Below, piece by piece: positions 29,801-45,924 of a stretch of DNA of 64,000 nt. The position numbers and the translations under genes were made by a program. Within the stretch, counting starts at the first letter, position 1. Each line of letters starts with the position of its first letter. The notes under the pieces were generated by a model that did not search any database, was not told the DNA's origin, and saw only the letters and a list, made by a program, of their open reading frames with translations. Origin of the DNA: the human T2T-CHM13v2.0 reference genome, Homo sapiens; the NCBI RefSeq assembly GCF_009914755.1, contig NC_060935.1. One strand, 5' to 3'.

Positions 29801-32800
29801 TGAACTCAGCTCTGGATTAAATGGACCTAATAGACATCTGTAGAACTCTTCACCCCAAATCCACAGAATATACATTATTTTCAGCACCACATGGCATTTA
29901 TTCTAAAATCAACCATATAATTGGAAGTAAAATACTCCTCAGCAAATGCAAAAGAGTGGAAATCTAACAAACAGTCTCTCAGACCACAGTGCAATCAAAT
30001 TAGAACTCAGGATTAAGACATTCACTCTAAACCACACAATTTCATGGAAACTGAACAACCTGCTCCTGAATGGCTCCTAGGTAAATAATGAAATTAGGGG
30101 AGAAACAAGAAGTCCTTTGAAACTAATGAGGACAAAGAGACAGCATATCAGAATCTCTGGGAAACAGCTAAAGCAGTGTTAACAGGAAAATTTGTAGCAC
30201 TAAATATCCATGTCAGAATTCTAGAAAGATCTGAAAATGACTGCATAATAGCACAATTAAAAGAGCTAGAGAGGCGAGAGCAAACTAATCCAAAAGTTAG
30301 CAGAAGACTAGAAATAACTAAGACCAGAGCAGAATTGAAGGAGATAGAGACATGAAAAATCTTCCCCAAAGTCAATGAATCCAGGAGCTAGTTCTTTTGA
30401 AAAAAATAACAAAATAGACCACTAGCTGGAAGAATAAAGAAGAAAATAGAGAAGAATCAAATAGACACAATAAAAAATGTTAAAAGGGATATCACCACTG
30501 ACCCCACAGACATACAAAGTACCATCAGAGAATACTATAAACACCTCTATGCAAATAAACTAGAATCAAGAAGAAATGAATAAATTTCTGGACTCATACA
30601 CTCTCACAAGACTAAACCAGAAAGAAGTCGAATTCCAGAATAGACCAATAACAAGTTCTGAAATTGAGGCAGTAATCAATAGCCTACCAACCAAAAAAAA
30701 GCCCAGGACCAGACGGATTCACAACCTAATTCTACCAGAGGTACAAAGAAAAGCTGGTAACATTCCTTCCGAAACTATTGCAAAAAGAGGGACTCTTCCC
30801 TAACTCACTTTATAAAGCCAGTATCATCCTGATACCAAAACCTGACAGAGACACAACAAAAAAAGAAAACTTCAGGCTAATATCCCTGATGAACATCAAT
30901 GCAAAAATCCTCAATAAAATACTGGTAAGCCAAATCAAGTAGCATATCAAAAAATGTATCCACCATATCAAGTCAACTTCATCCTTGAGATGCAAAGCTT
31001 GTTCAACCTATGTGAATCAATAAATTAAATCCATCACATAAACAGAAACAAAGACAAAAAACACATGATTATCTCAATAGATGCAGAAATAGCCTTCAAC
31101 AAAATTCAACATCCCTTTATTTTAAAAACTGTCAATAAAGTAGGTATTGATGGAACATATCTCAAAATAATAAGAGCTATTCATGACTAACCCACAGCCA
31201 GTATCATATTAAATGGGCAAAAGCTGGAAGAATTACCACTGAAAACTGGTACAAGGAAAGGATGCCCTCTCTCACCACTCCAATTCAACATAGTATTGGA
31301 AGTTCTGGCAAGTGCAGTCAGGCAAGAGAAAAAAATAAAGATATTCAAATAGGGAGACAGAAAGTCAAATTATCTCTGTTTGCAAATCACATGATTCTAC
31401 ATTTAGAAAAACGCATCATCTCAGCCCCAAAACTCCTTAAGCTGATAAGCAACTTCAACAAAGTCTCAGGATACAAAAACCAATGTGGAAAAATCATAAA
31501 CATTCCTTTACACCAACAATATACAAGCAGAGAGCAAAATTGTGAATGAACTCCCATTCACAACTGCTACAAAAAGAATAAAATACCTAGGAATAAAGCT
31601 AACTAGGGATGTTCAGGACCTCTTCAAGGAGAACTACAAACCCCTGCTCAAGAAAATCAGAGAAGACAGAAACAAATGGAAAAACATTTCATCTTCATGG
31701 ATAGGAAGAATCACTATTGTGAAAATTGCCATACTACCCAAAGTAATTTATAGATTCAGTGCAATTTCCATCAAACTACCATTGACATTCTTCACAGAAT
31801 TAGAAAAATACTACTTTAATTTCATATGGAATCAAAGAAGACCCGTATAGCCAAGACAATCCTAAGCAAAAAGAACAAAGCTGGAGGCATCATGCTACCT
31901 GAATTCAAACTATCCTATAAGACTACAGTAACCAAAACAGCATGGTACTCATACCATAAAAGATTTATAGACCACTGCAACAGAACAGAGACCTCAGAAA
32001 TAATACCACACATCTACAATCATCTGATCTTCTACAAACCTCATAAAAACAAGGAATGGGGAAAAGATCTCCTGTTCAGTAAATGGTTCTGGGAAAACTG
32101 GCTAGCCATATGCAGAAAACTGAAACTGGACCTGTCCCTTACCCTTTATACAAAAATTAACTCAATATGGATTAAAGGCTTAAATGTAATACCCAAAACC
32201 ATAAAGACCTTAGAAGAAAACCTAGGCAATATCATTCCGGACATAGACACGGGCAAAGACTTCATGCTGCAAATGCCAAAAAAACAATTGCAACAAAAGC
32301 CAAAATTGACAAATGGGATCTAATTACACTAAAGAGCTTCTGCACAGCAACAGAAACTATCAACAGAGTGAACAGGCAAACTACAGAACTGGAGAAAATT
32401 TTTGCAATCTACCCACCTGAGAAAGGTCTAATATCCAGAATTTACAAGGAACTTACACAAATTTACAAGGAAAAAACCAAACAACCCCATCAAAAAGTGA
32501 GCAAAAAATATAAACAGACACTTCTCAAAAGAAGACATTTATGCAGCCAACAAGCATGAAAAAAAACTCAACATCACTGATCATTAGAGAAATAAAAATC
32601 AAAACCACAATGAGATACAATCTCATGCCAGTCAGAAAGGCGATTATTAAAAAGTCAAGAAACAATAGATGCTGGTGAGGCTGTGGAGAAATAGGAACGC
32701 TTTTCCAGTGGGAATGTAAATTAGTTCAACCATTGTGGAGGACAGTATGGCAATTCCTCAAGGATCTGGAGGCAGAAATACCATTTGACCAGGCAATCCC

Positions 32801-33290
32801 ATTACTGGGTATATACCCAAATGAATATAAATCAATCTACTATAAAGACATATGCACACATATGTTTATTGCAGCACTATTTATGATAGCAAAGTCATGG
32901 AACCAACCCAAAATGCTCAGCAATGATAGACTGGATAAAGAAAATGTGGTACACATACACCATGGAATACTATGCAGCCATAAAAAGGAATGAGATCATG
33001 CCCTTTACATGGATGAAGCTGAAAGTCATTGTCCTCAGCAAACTAAAACAAGAACAGAAAACCAAACACTGCATGTTCTCAATCAAAAGTGGAAGTTGAA
33101 CAATGAGAACACATGGACACAGGGAGGGGAACAACACACACCAGGGCCTTTTGGGGCATGAAGGGGAAAGGGAGAGAACATAGAAGACAAGTCAATATGT
33201 GCAGCAAACCACTATGGTACATGTATACCTATGTAACAAAACTGCATGTACTGTACATGTACCCGAGAACTTAAAGTAAAATTTTAAAAC
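26872..33290 (+). mobile_element. Full-length older L1PA (about L1PA8-12), ORFs disrupted
   Basis: ggccaagatggccaactagaagcagc 5' end; ORF1 remnant from 28208; ORF2 from 29277 (MMTGSNSHIT...); 3' UTR ends ...agaacttaaagtaaaattttaaaa; TSD-like aagagccatct / aacagccctct. Confidence 0.93.
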
Positions 33291-33298
33291 AGCCCTCT

Positions 33299-33602
<304 letters not shown>

Positions 33603-34017
33603 CTATGACAAACTCATAACCAAATTCATAGCCAATCATAGTGAATGGGGAAAAGGTGGAAGCATTCCTTCTGAAAACCAGCACAAGACAAGGATGCCTT
33701 CTCTCACTACAGCTATTCCACATAGAACTGGAAGTCCTAGCCAGAGTGATCAGGCAACAGAAGAAAATAAAAGGCATCCAAATAGGAAAAGAAGAAGTCA
33801 AACTATCCTCCAGTATACAAAATTTGGTAGCATGCATGTAATGTATCTTTATAATAGAATGATTTATATTCCTTTGGGTATATATACCCAGTAATCATCC
33901 ATACTATTCTTTACATGTGGTATTTTCATCTGGTTCTGATATCAAGATAATATTAGTCTCATAAAGTAAATTGAGAAGTGTTTTCTCCTCTTATAATTTT
34001 TGTGAAAATAAAAGTCA

Positions 34018-34419
<402 letters not shown>

Positions 34420-34454
34420 TTAATTCAGCTAATGTGGAAAGTAGTTTGGAGATT

Positions 34455-34978
34455 TTTATATCCAAAGAAATATAAATCATTCTATTATAAAGATACATGC
34501 AAGCATATGTTCATTGCAGCACTATTCACACTAGCAAAGACATGGAATCAACCCAAATGCCCATCAATAATGGAATGGATAAAGAAAAGGTGGTACATAT
34601 ACACCATGGAATACTTTCAGCCCTAAACAGGAATGAGATCATGTTCTTTGCAGGGACATGGACATGGGTGGAGCTGGAAGTCATTATCCTCAGCAAACTA
34701 ATGCAGGAACAACCAACCAAAAACGGTATGTTCTCACTTGTAAGTGGGATCTGAACAATAAGAACACATGGACAACAGGGAGGGAAACAAGACACATTGG
34801 GACTTGTGAGGGGCTCAGGGGAAGGGATAGCATCAGGAAGAATAGCTAGTGGATGCTGGGCTTAATACCTATGTGATGGGTTGATCTCAGCAGGAAACCA
34901 CCATTTCCTTTGTAACAAATGTGAACATCCTGCACATGTACCCCAGAACTTAAAATAGCTTGAAAAAAAAAAAAAAGA
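34455..34978 (+). mobile_element. 5'-truncated L1PA 3' end with polyA
   Basis: ORF2 C-terminus (YYKDTCKHMFIAALFT) through 3' UTR and A-tail. Confidence 0.8.
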
Positions 34979-34999
34979 ACTTAAAACAGAACTGCCAGG

Positions 35000-37670
35000 G
35001 AAGCCAAAAATACTTCCAAACTCACTCTACAAGTACAGCATTACTCTGATACCAAAACCAAACCAAGATACATTAAAAAAAAGAAAGAAAACTATTGGCC
35101 AATATGATTGATGAATATTGATGCAAATACTAGCAAACAAAATTCAACAACACATTAAAAAATTGTTCATCATGACCAAGTCAGATTTATCCTAGGGATG
35201 CAAAAATGCTTCAACATATGCAAATCAATGTAATGTAACACACTGTATCAACAGAAGAAAGAACGAAAAACATATAATCATTTCAACTGATTCTGAAAAA
35301 TCAATTGACAAGATTAAAAATGCCGTCATCATGAAAATTCTCAAAAAAAACAGGTAAAGAAGAAACACTTCAGCATAATAAAAACCATATACAACAGACC
35401 CACACATAGTATTATACTGAGTCTGGAAAAACTGAAAACCTCTCCTCTAAGATCAGAAACATGGCAAGGATGCCCACTTTCAACACTGTTATTCAACATA
35501 GCGTTGGAAGTTCTAGGAAGAGCAATTAGACAAGATAAAGAAATAAAGGGCATCCAGATGGGAGAGGAAAAACTCAAATTATCCTTGTTTGCATATTATG
35601 TGTTCTTATATTTGGAAAAACCTGAAGACTCCACCAAAAAACTATAATAGCTGATAGACAAATTCAGTAAGATTGCAGGATACAAAAATCAATCTACAAA
35701 AATTGGTAGCATTTCTATCTGCCAATGGTAAACAATATGAAAAAGAAATTTAAAAATTTCATTTACAATAGCTACAAATAAAATTAAATACCTAGGAATT
35801 ACGTTAACCAAAGAAGTAGAAGACCCTCACAATGAAAACTATAAAACATCAATGCAATAAATTAAAGAGGATGTGAAAAAAATGTAAAAATTCCTTGTTC
35901 GTGGGTTGGAAGAATCAATATTTTTAATATGTTCGTACTACCCAAAGCAATCTCCAGATTCAATGCAGTCCTTATCAAGATACCATTGACATTCTTCACA
36001 GAATCAAAAAAAAATTCTAAAATGTGTATGAAACCACAAAAGACCTGAAATAGCCAAAGCTATCTTGAGCAAAAATAACAAAACTGTAGGAATCACAATA
36101 CCTGACTTTAAATTACACTGTAGTTATCAAAATGTCGTAGTACTGGCATAAAAACCGACATGCAAATAAATGGAACAGATTACAAAACTCAGAGATAAAT
36201 TCATACATCCACAGTGAACTCATTTTTGACAATGGTGCCAAGAATATTCATATGTTGGTGAGAGGACAGTCTCCTCAATAAATGGTGCTGAAAAATGAAA
36301 CTAGATATCCATGTGAAAAAGAATGAACCTAGACCCCCAACTCTTGCCATATACAAAAATCAAATCAAAATGAATCAGAGACTTAAACACCTCAAACTAT
36401 GGAACTATAACAAAAAATGGAGAAACTCCCCAGTCCTTTGGACTGGGCAAAGATTTTTTGAGTAACACTACGGAAGCATGGACAACCAAAGCAAAAATGG
36501 ACAAATGGAATTATATCAAGTTAAATACCTTCTGCACAGCAAAGGAAACAATCAACAATGTAAAGACAAAACCCACAGAATGGGCAAAAAATTTGCAAAC
36601 TATTCATCTGACAAGGGATTAAAAACCAGAATATATAAGGAGCTAAAACAACTCTATAGGAGAAAATTTTAATAATCTGATTTAAAAATGGGCAAAAGTT
36701 CTGAATAGCCATTTCTCAAAAGAAGACATACAAATGGCAAACAGGTACATGAAAAGGCGCACAACATTAGAGAAATGCAAATCAAAACTACAATAAGGTA
36801 TTATCTCATGCTAGCTAAAATGGCTTTTATCTGATAGGGAATACAAGTGCTAGCGAGGATGTGGAAAAAGGGAACCCTCATACACTGTTGGGGATAATGT
36901 AAGTTAGTACAACCACTATAAAGAACAGTTTAGAGGTTCTTTAGAAAACTAAAAATAAGCTGCCATGTGATCTAGCAATTCCACTGCTGGGCATACACTC
37001 AAAAGAAAGGAAATCAGTATATCAAAGAGATATCTGCATTCCTATGAATATTGCAGCACTATTCACAATAGCCAAGATTTGGAAGCCAACTAAGTGTTCA
37101 TGAACAGATAAATGAATAAAGAAAATGTGGTACTTATTCATAGTGGAATACTATTCAGCCATAAAAAAAATGAGATTCAGTCATTGGCAACAACATGGAT
37201 AGAACTAGAAGTCATTAGGTTAAGTAAAATATGTGAGGCACCGAAGGACTAAGATCACGTGTTCTCACTTATTTGTAGGAACTGAAAATTAAAATAATTG
37301 AACTCAGTGAAATATAGAGAAGAAGAATGGTTACCAGAGGCTAGGAAGCATACTGTGGGGTGCAGGGAAATTGGGGAGGGTTATTTCCCCCAAAAACTGT
37401 TAAAAAGAAGGATTAAGACCTAGTATTTTCTAGCAAAACAGGGTGACTAAAGTCAATAATAATTTAATTGTACATTTAAAAATAACTAAAAGAGCATAAC
37501 TGAATTATTTGTAATACAAAAGAGAAATACTTGAGGTATGGATGCCTCACTTTTCACAATGTAATTATTATGTATTGCATGCCTGTATCAACATATCTCA
37601 TGTAACCCATAAATATGTTATGTGTATACACATAAATATATACCTAAAATTGAAAATTAAAGAAAGAGAG
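35000..37670 (+). mobile_element. 5'-truncated L1MA-like element
   Basis: ORF2 RT remnant and L1MA-type 3' UTR (ttgcatgcctgtatcaacatatctcatgtaacccataaat). Confidence 0.8.
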
Positions 37671-40600
37671 TAAAAACAAACTGGACTATCATTTAATCTA
37701 GGAATCCTCTTATGGAACATATATCCAAAAGAAAATAACTCATTCTTTCAAAAAGACACATGCACTCATATATTCATCACAGCACTATTCATAATAGCAA
37801 AGACAGTGAATCAATCTAGGTGTCATTAAGGGTGGATTGGATAAGAAAATGTGGTGCATATACGACATGGAATACTACACAGTTATAAAAAGAACGAAAT
37901 CATATCCTTTGGAGTGGCATGAATGCTTCTGGAGGACATTATCCTAAGCAAATTTACTCAGAAACAGAAAACCAAATACTGTGTATTCTCATTTATAAGT
38001 GGGAGCTAAACGCTAGGTACACGTGGATAGAAAGATGGGAAACAATGGACACTGGGTTCTACTAGAGGAAGGAAGGAGATAGAAAGACAAGGGTTGAAAA
38101 ACTACCTATTGTGTACTATGCTCACGACTTGGATGACAGGACCAATTGTCACCAAAACCCCAGCATCATGCAATATTCTTAGGTCACAAAAGTGCACATG
38201 TACCTCTTAATGTAACTTTTCAATTTAAAAATGTGGGAGGTAATGGGAAAAAATTTAGGTTTGGGAGAATTTTGGATTTTGAATTTTTGGATGAGGAATA
38301 ACCACATTTAGGGCTAGATACCTTGACCAGAATGGAGTTTCAGTACTCCTCTCCAACCTCTTCAACCCCGCAACACACATACACATCGGCCCACAGGCAT
38401 TCATACAGCCTACTTCTTTTAATGTCCTAGGAAGAGATAAAAACATCTTGTCAATGTCACTCAGTGATGAGCATCTGTGCCCTATAATCTGGAAGCTCAA
38501 ATGAAAATCAGACCTAAAAAGAGAAAGTCTGTAGACCTTTGCTCTGATGTAGAATCTTTAGCCAGAAAAACTGCGACAAATACAGCGAAATGAATAACAA
38601 AAATAAAAAAGTACTTTCACCTGCAACAAGCATAGCAACATGCATATCTAAGCATTGAATGACCCTCCCCGGGGTTTTTAAAATCTGCTCTGGATCTGAT
38701 AGCCATGAAGGATACAGGTAAATTCGAGTCCATTCATTCCATCTCTTCAGGGCAGGCCAGATCTGCTTTCTATGTTTCCAACTGCAATAGTCTAGCATCC
38801 AGGGTAGTCAAGTGGTAGAAGCATCTTTAGCCCACCTTTCAGAAAATATCCTCCTTTTCACTGGATAAGGGATATTCTTGCCAATGTTTGATAAGTGTCA
38901 GAGTAAAAAGCCACTTGTGAAATGTTGGCAAGAAACATCTGTGAATAAACCACCTCACAAATCCCAAGACTGGCTCTTGCCTGAAGAAAAAGAAGAAATA
39001 TTGTTTTTTTTCTAAGTTAGCTAAGGCATGCAATGGAATTCACTTTGTTTTCTATACACTGGATTATATTTCTAGTGAATATATTCAAAATTCAGTGAGT
39101 ATATTGTTACTGATATTTGACAAGTGTGCTGTATGTGGTGCAGATATTAGAGTAGCGTATTCCCTGAGTTCAAGAAGTCATCAATTTAGTAGAGAGTAAG
39201 AGAAAGGTAAAATGGGGCAGAGGAAAGTGACTGGTCCATGGAAAAGACATACCTATATGTGCATTTCAAGAGTGATATTTACTAACTGATTTAAGTTAAT
39301 CATGAGCTCTGAAATGCAATTGCCTCATCTATAAAGGGGAGGATAATAATTCATACACAAAAGATATCTGAAGCATCACAAGTGTATGGAATAATATAGG
39401 ATATGTAATACTCAATCTCTACAGTATAATTCTATTAATAGCTTCTCAATTTATCAACTTCAAAAATAATTTTAATTAGAATTAAACAATATTCACCAAA
39501 AATATTTACACAAAATTTTAACTAAATACAAAAATGGTACAACAGAACAAAAGTGAAAATCTAGAAAGGTTTGATTACGGAAGAAATACATAATATTGGA
39601 GGAAAAATTTCTTATGGACAACAGAAATATTGAAGAAGAATTAATTTATTACATAGTTGACACAGAAGTAATGAAGACATATAAATATTATACAAAGGAA
39701 GGTGTGAGGGAAAAATAATGGAAATAGCTCTGTATATAACCATGGACACTTTCTTTAATCCAATCTTTTAGTCAATGGTAATGGTAATAAAATATATTGA
39801 ATAATAAATTAAAATTCTATATAGAACCATGTCTATCACAATTAAAGGAAGGTTTTTAACTAAGTCTTGTTCCAGTTAAATAAAGTAGGTAAGAGATGAG
39901 ATGGAGACAGGTGTCTCTGCAAATATTTTGTGAAATTAAGGAAGTAGATGGTTATTTTTCTTCAGGAGAGCACCATGATGTGATTGGAATTTACACAGTG
40001 GAATGTGGAGCTAGGTGTAATATTGGAGTCATAGATAACTAAATTGGAGTTTCTGATAGTCATCTGGAAAGGAGGAGTAAAAAGTAGTGAAAGAAAAGAA
40101 AGAGACAGAAACCAGCAAGACTGATGTTGAGAAAACAGTGGACCGACAAAGGGCTGCAAAGACAGAGGCAAAAGTCATGCAGAAGGCTGGGATCAAATGA
40201 TTTTAAAGAACAATTCCATCTAATATTAAAGTCTACTAATTACACTGAAGCTAGAAATGTTTGGGTCTTTTGTGTGGTATCATCGTTTTTGATCATGGAA
40301 AAAGTTAATTCTACCTTAGGATATGGTCAGCACAATGTGGAACCAGTCTGTCTCCTGAGGGAGGGCATCTCATTATAGACAATATGTAATTTAACTATAT
40401 GAGCAGAGCCAAGACCTTCAGGCCATAGGTGACCAAGAGAATGCAAGTCCCAGGAAACTGCCAAACATGGTGAATGAAAAGATTCAAATGACTTTTATTT
40501 AAACCTTGATAAGGAAGTTAACTGAGTTAAGTTACAAAGTAGAAATATCTTTAATGATAGCAGTTGTTTAACACCTTCTTTATTCTGGACTATGCTAAAT

Positions 40601-42957
40601 ATTTTGCCTATATTAACTCATTACATCCTTAGAACAATGATATTTATATTCACATCTATTAGTAAGGAACTCAAAGAAAGCCCAGAGAAGCTAAATAAAT
40701 GAAATTAATTTACCAAGTACTAAGTGGCTGTGTCAGTCTATAAAAGCAAGGATCTTACACCAAAGCTTACATTTACAATTATTCAGATATATTCTGTTTT
40801 ATGTACTTCATACTTCTAGGTAAAACCCACTTTAAGGTAGGACCCAAATGTGCCTTGCTTGTTTTTCTGCTTCTCTGCCCTCTGCTTCCACTATTCTATA
40901 AATACTTGATGTCTGGGCAAATTGGACTGCTGAATGATCCCAACATTGCAGACCTTTTCTATGTGGAGTCAAATTCTAATGTACTCCAGCATAGATCATT
41001 TTCCACTGAATTCTCTATTATTGCTCACAGTTTAAGGAAAATGTTTTGTACTATAGAGGAATTCAATGATTACTAATTCAGTGTATATATATTATATATA
41101 CACTCATAGGTTACTCTATTATATATACTCTTATAGATTTAATAATCTATGAGAATTACCCATAGCCCTCCCACCCTGGGTTTATCCTATGTAATTAATA
41201 CCAAGGAAGATGGGATTCAAACAATGCTATTTTTTTAGAAGCACTGTTACCTAGGAAGGGAGAATACACTGCTTGAGAGTCTTCTGTGTTAAGGTAACTT
41301 CCAAATAGTGAACCTAAAGAAAGATGGACATTGAAAAAGCCTCACCTTCTCTGGAGAACTTTACCCCAATGTGTTGGATACTCTTTACTGAATTTTTTTT
41401 CCACATGCTTGACTGATTGATAATAAGTCCTGTTAAAGATGTAAGTCACCTGAAACCATGCACATCACTTGGGAAACAAGAGGGTCTTCACATGAATGAC
41501 TAGACAGTTATTTAACAACTAAGGCAGAATAGATGAGTATCTGTGAGTGACACCTTTGGTCTCTGCTTTGTATGGTGAAAGTGGAATCAAGACATCATCA
41601 GATATAGAATTAATAATTTTCTTGACATGTGTATGTCAAGGTGGCTCCTGAGGCATCACAGGTGTGTGAAAGTAAAGTTGCCTAACTCAGTTTGATGAAC
41701 CATATGGGGGAGAAAAAGACGTATATGCTTGGACCCCTAGTTTTGCTAAGATTTATCACAGTAGAAAAGTGGTTAACTGTCTTATATGAAAAATGAAATA
41801 TAGCTCATTCACACTGCCAGATCTCTCTCTTGTTCTACATAATATTTGATGGTGGTGAGATTTCCGATTATTTCCTTGATTCATTTTGAAATAATAAGTA
41901 ATATACTTTACTCTCATTTCTTCTTTCATCAGTTTTGCACAGTAGCTTAATTCTCTTCTGTGTAAGTTGATCAGAGTTTCCCGGGTGCAATTTACTCCAT
42001 CTTTTCTCATCTCCAGTTATCCCTTTTGTCCCCAATGTCTTATTGTGGTAAAAATACATACCACAAAATTGACCATCTTAACATTTTTAAATGTAGTGTT
42101 TGATACTAAATCCATTCATAAAGTCATATAAGTGTCACCCCCATTTACCTTCAGAATTCCTCTTTGTCTGGCAAAGCTCAAATTCTATATCATTAACTAA
42201 TAACTCCCCATTTCCTCCTCCCCTCAGTCCCTGGCCATCACCATTCTACATTCTGTCTCTATGAATTTTATACCCTAGGTACCTCATGTAAGTGAAATCA
42301 TGCAGTATGTGTTTTTCTATTGCTGCCTTATTTCACATAGCATAATGTCAAGGTTCATCCATATTGTAACAAATGTCAGAACTTCCTTCTCGTTAAAGGC
42401 TGAATAAAATTCCATTATGTGTATACACCACATTTTGCTTATCCATTTATCAGTTATCAGATGGTTCCACATTTTAGATATTGTGAACAATGCTGCTATA
42501 AATGTGGGTGTATAAATATATCTTTGAGACCCTGCTTTCAATTACTTTAGTTATGTACCCATAGGTGGAGTTTCTGGAGCATATGGTAAGTCTACTTCTA
42601 ATTTTATGAGGCAATACCATACTGTTTTCCAAGGTGGCTGTACCATTTGAAATTCTCACCAATAGAGCACAGGATTCCAATTATTCTACATCCCTTCAAA
42701 CCCTTGTTATTTTCTGTTTTTTGGGGCTTTTTTTGGTGGGAGTCATTCAAATGGGTATGAGGCAGTATCTCACTATAGTTTTCGGCAACATCTTTCATCC
42801 TATTGTTGGGGATAAATCAGTCAGTTTTCTTCATCAGCCAAGTATAGATATTTCATGAGCCATAAAGCTCGAAAATCCAGTTAGCTTCCTCCACTTCATT
42901 TCCACTCACCCACCATTTTCATTGAGATTATATTCTCTATTAGAAAAAGACACAGTT

Positions 42958-43063
42958 CGTTTGTCTTCACTTTTATTGAAATACAAAATGTTAAATATGC
43001 AAGCTGTACTAATGAAGGTGCTCCTTGAAGTTGATTAAGGAGGGCTGGGCTGCTTGTGGCTTC
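42958..43063 (-). other. CASP4: CASP4 non-coding terminal exon 9 (3' UTR)
   Basis: TTTTCTCTCCCCTGCAG|GAAGCC acceptor, AATAAA near the end; conserved in the paralog. Cleavage position approximate. Confidence 0.85.
42972..42977 (-). terminator. CASP4: CASP4 polyadenylation signal AATAAA
   Basis: tttatt on + strand, followed on - strand by a GT/T-rich downstream element (CTGTGTCTTTTT). Confidence 0.85.
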
Positions 43064-44434
43064 CTGCAGGGGAGAGAAAAAACAGAAGGTCAAGATGGTT
43101 ACCCCTTGCTGCCTTCATCCCATCCCTCATCATGATTCTTCTTGCATCCTCTTCCATGTGCTCTTGCCACTTCCCTTGACTTCCATCTGTGACATCTTAG
43201 TCTATTCACCAAAATGTGATCTTTGTAAAACCTAATTTAAAGCATATTACTTCTTTTTTCTAAAGCACTAGAAAGGCTTCCTGTCTCGCTCAGATAATAA
43301 TTTTTAAAGGTTTACCATGTGATAACATAGAACCACGCGATCTGGCTTCTCACTGCTTCTCCTAATTTGTCTCTGCCATTTTCTCCACTCACGTTCTCTT
43401 TTGGTCACACTGTCTCATTGCAGTTCTTTAAACATGTTTAGTGCATTGCTATCCCAGGGCATTTGCACTGGCTGTATTCTGTGCTGGAACACTTTTCCTG
43501 CATAAGAACCACATTATTCACTCCCCAACTCTGTCCATTCTTTGTTCTGATTTCATTATTTCAAGAAAAGCTTTTGAGTGAAATATCTATAGGAGTACAG
43601 CATCCATCATTCTGTGTTTTCCTTTGTCTTCCTTTATTTTTCCTTTTATCTTTTTTTGCTCTCTGGCCTGTGATATATTTACCACTTTATGTCTTCAGAG
43701 TCTGTTTCTACTCACTAGAATATAAGCTTTCAGAGTGTAAGAAATCTATTTACGTTGTTAATTGGCATATTCCAAGCATCTAGAACAAAACCTGGTGCAC
43801 AGTTAGTGTTGGCAAATATTAGTCAACAAACAATTCAATGTCCAAATGCAGCCCCACTGGATGGATTAGGCACTGAAAGCTGTTATGCTGAAATGATGCA
43901 ATATTGTGACTGAAGTGTCAGAAACCAAGAGTAAAAATTATGTGGTAAATGTTGGAAGTATTGAGAACAACTTTATACATTTCACTATAAAATATAATTT
44001 TAAGTATGTATCTTAGAGGGAGATTGATAATAGTCTTATAGTCTAGTGTTAAATAAAGCTATTATGAGTGAAGAAAGTAATCATTTAGTCCAGACTCAAT
44101 GTACCCATTCTATAATATTTTGGTCAAAATAATAACAAAAGTTACATGGGAGCTTGAAGGAACTTCTGGACTGTGATTGAAGATTCAAAAGCCAACCCTG
44201 AGTGATTGGTGATCTGCATTGTGAGAACAGTCTGAGAACCAGAGCCTGGATCAACACAAACTCTACAGTGTAGGATGTATTCTGTACCATCTGGTAATGG
44301 TATCTGGATGTCAGTAATGTGGTATTTGCTGTGACATCCTCACTCAGAGGATCAAAATGCTGCTTTCTCCAGAGTTAGCTCCTTTGTTTACTCTGTTTTG
44401 TTTAGGGTTTGATGCAATGTTTGGCTACTTAGTG

Positions 44435-44487
<53 letters not shown>

Positions 44488-44840
44488 AAGGGGAATAAAA
44501 GAGAAAGACTATGAGAGATAAATGAATATAAATAGTAATGGAAGCATGAGCATGTTTCTATTTTAATAATTACTATCCTTGGTTTTTCATCATCACATTC
44601 TGCTGCGGTTTTCCTTACCTCCTTGATTGATTGATTGATTGCCTGATTAATTGTAGAGTTGGAGGAATCCAAATACATGTAAGTCGGAAAGAAGTAGCAG
44701 ATAATCACCAGACTATATCAACAAAAACACCAATTTGACCATCCAAGTACTCAGCTGTCATTTGTCATTGAACTTAACCACCAATATCACTCTCTTATTT
44801 ATTTCACATACCACCAACAACTCTCAATACTTAACCATTT

Positions 44841-44939
44841 TCAATTGCCAGGAAAGAGGTAGAAATATCTTGTCATGGACAGTCGTTCTATGGTGGGCAT
44901 TTGAGCTTTGGCCCTTGGAGTTTCAAATGATTGCTGTAC
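44841..44939 (-). CDS. CASP4: CASP4 exon 8 coding part (exon extends to 44836)
   Basis: TTTTCAG|GTACAG acceptor; [35 protein letters not shown]; donor ATG|GTTAAG 5 nt after the stop. Confidence 0.96.
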   Translation of the reverse strand, partial: VQQSFETPRAKAQMPTIERLSMTRYFYLFPGN

Positions 44940-45260
44940 CTGAAAAAGAAAATAGGCTGTAGATGAGATACGACTCTTTTCAAGTCTCAGAAAGCATCTT
45001 TCACCATGTACCAGACAACACCTGGAATGAAGTGAGCTTGCAGGTTTCATAGAACCAAGCCCATGGGCATTCTAACTCCTCAACATTGTACCCTACCTCT
45101 TAGAATTGCCACTCCATGTCAGACTGTACGCTTTACATCAAAATAAACACCTCATGTCTAATCCAAGGTCTTTCAACATTCATTTCCTCTATTTTCCATT
45201 TCTGACCTACAGATCTGACAATAAGTTATCCCTTGAAAACTATTCATGAAAACCAGATAA

Positions 45261-45640
<380 letters not shown>

Positions 45641-45924
45641 CCAGTATCTTATCTTTAAGACCCAAACACTGAACAACTTTCATATCTCCACCACCAAGCT
45701 GATCTTGTAGTTTTTTTGCATCAACTAATTGGTAAGTCTACTTATCCTAAATCCAGAATTTTTAGTTCCTTTTTCTATGAACATCCTTGAAAGTACAATG
45801 TCTAACTCCCACTTATCCAAGAAGATTTAAAAGATTTAACTTCCCAGATCTCTATTCACAGGAGCTCTGTCTCAATTTATGCTGCATTTCCTCCTCCTTC
45901 TCCTCCTCCTTCTTCTTATTTCAC

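Noticed and set aside
38310-41770. Hidden gene or ncRNA in the unique spacer
   Set aside because: AT-rich sequence with MIR/L2-like remnants; no coherent exon, RNA-gene or ORF signal that I can support.
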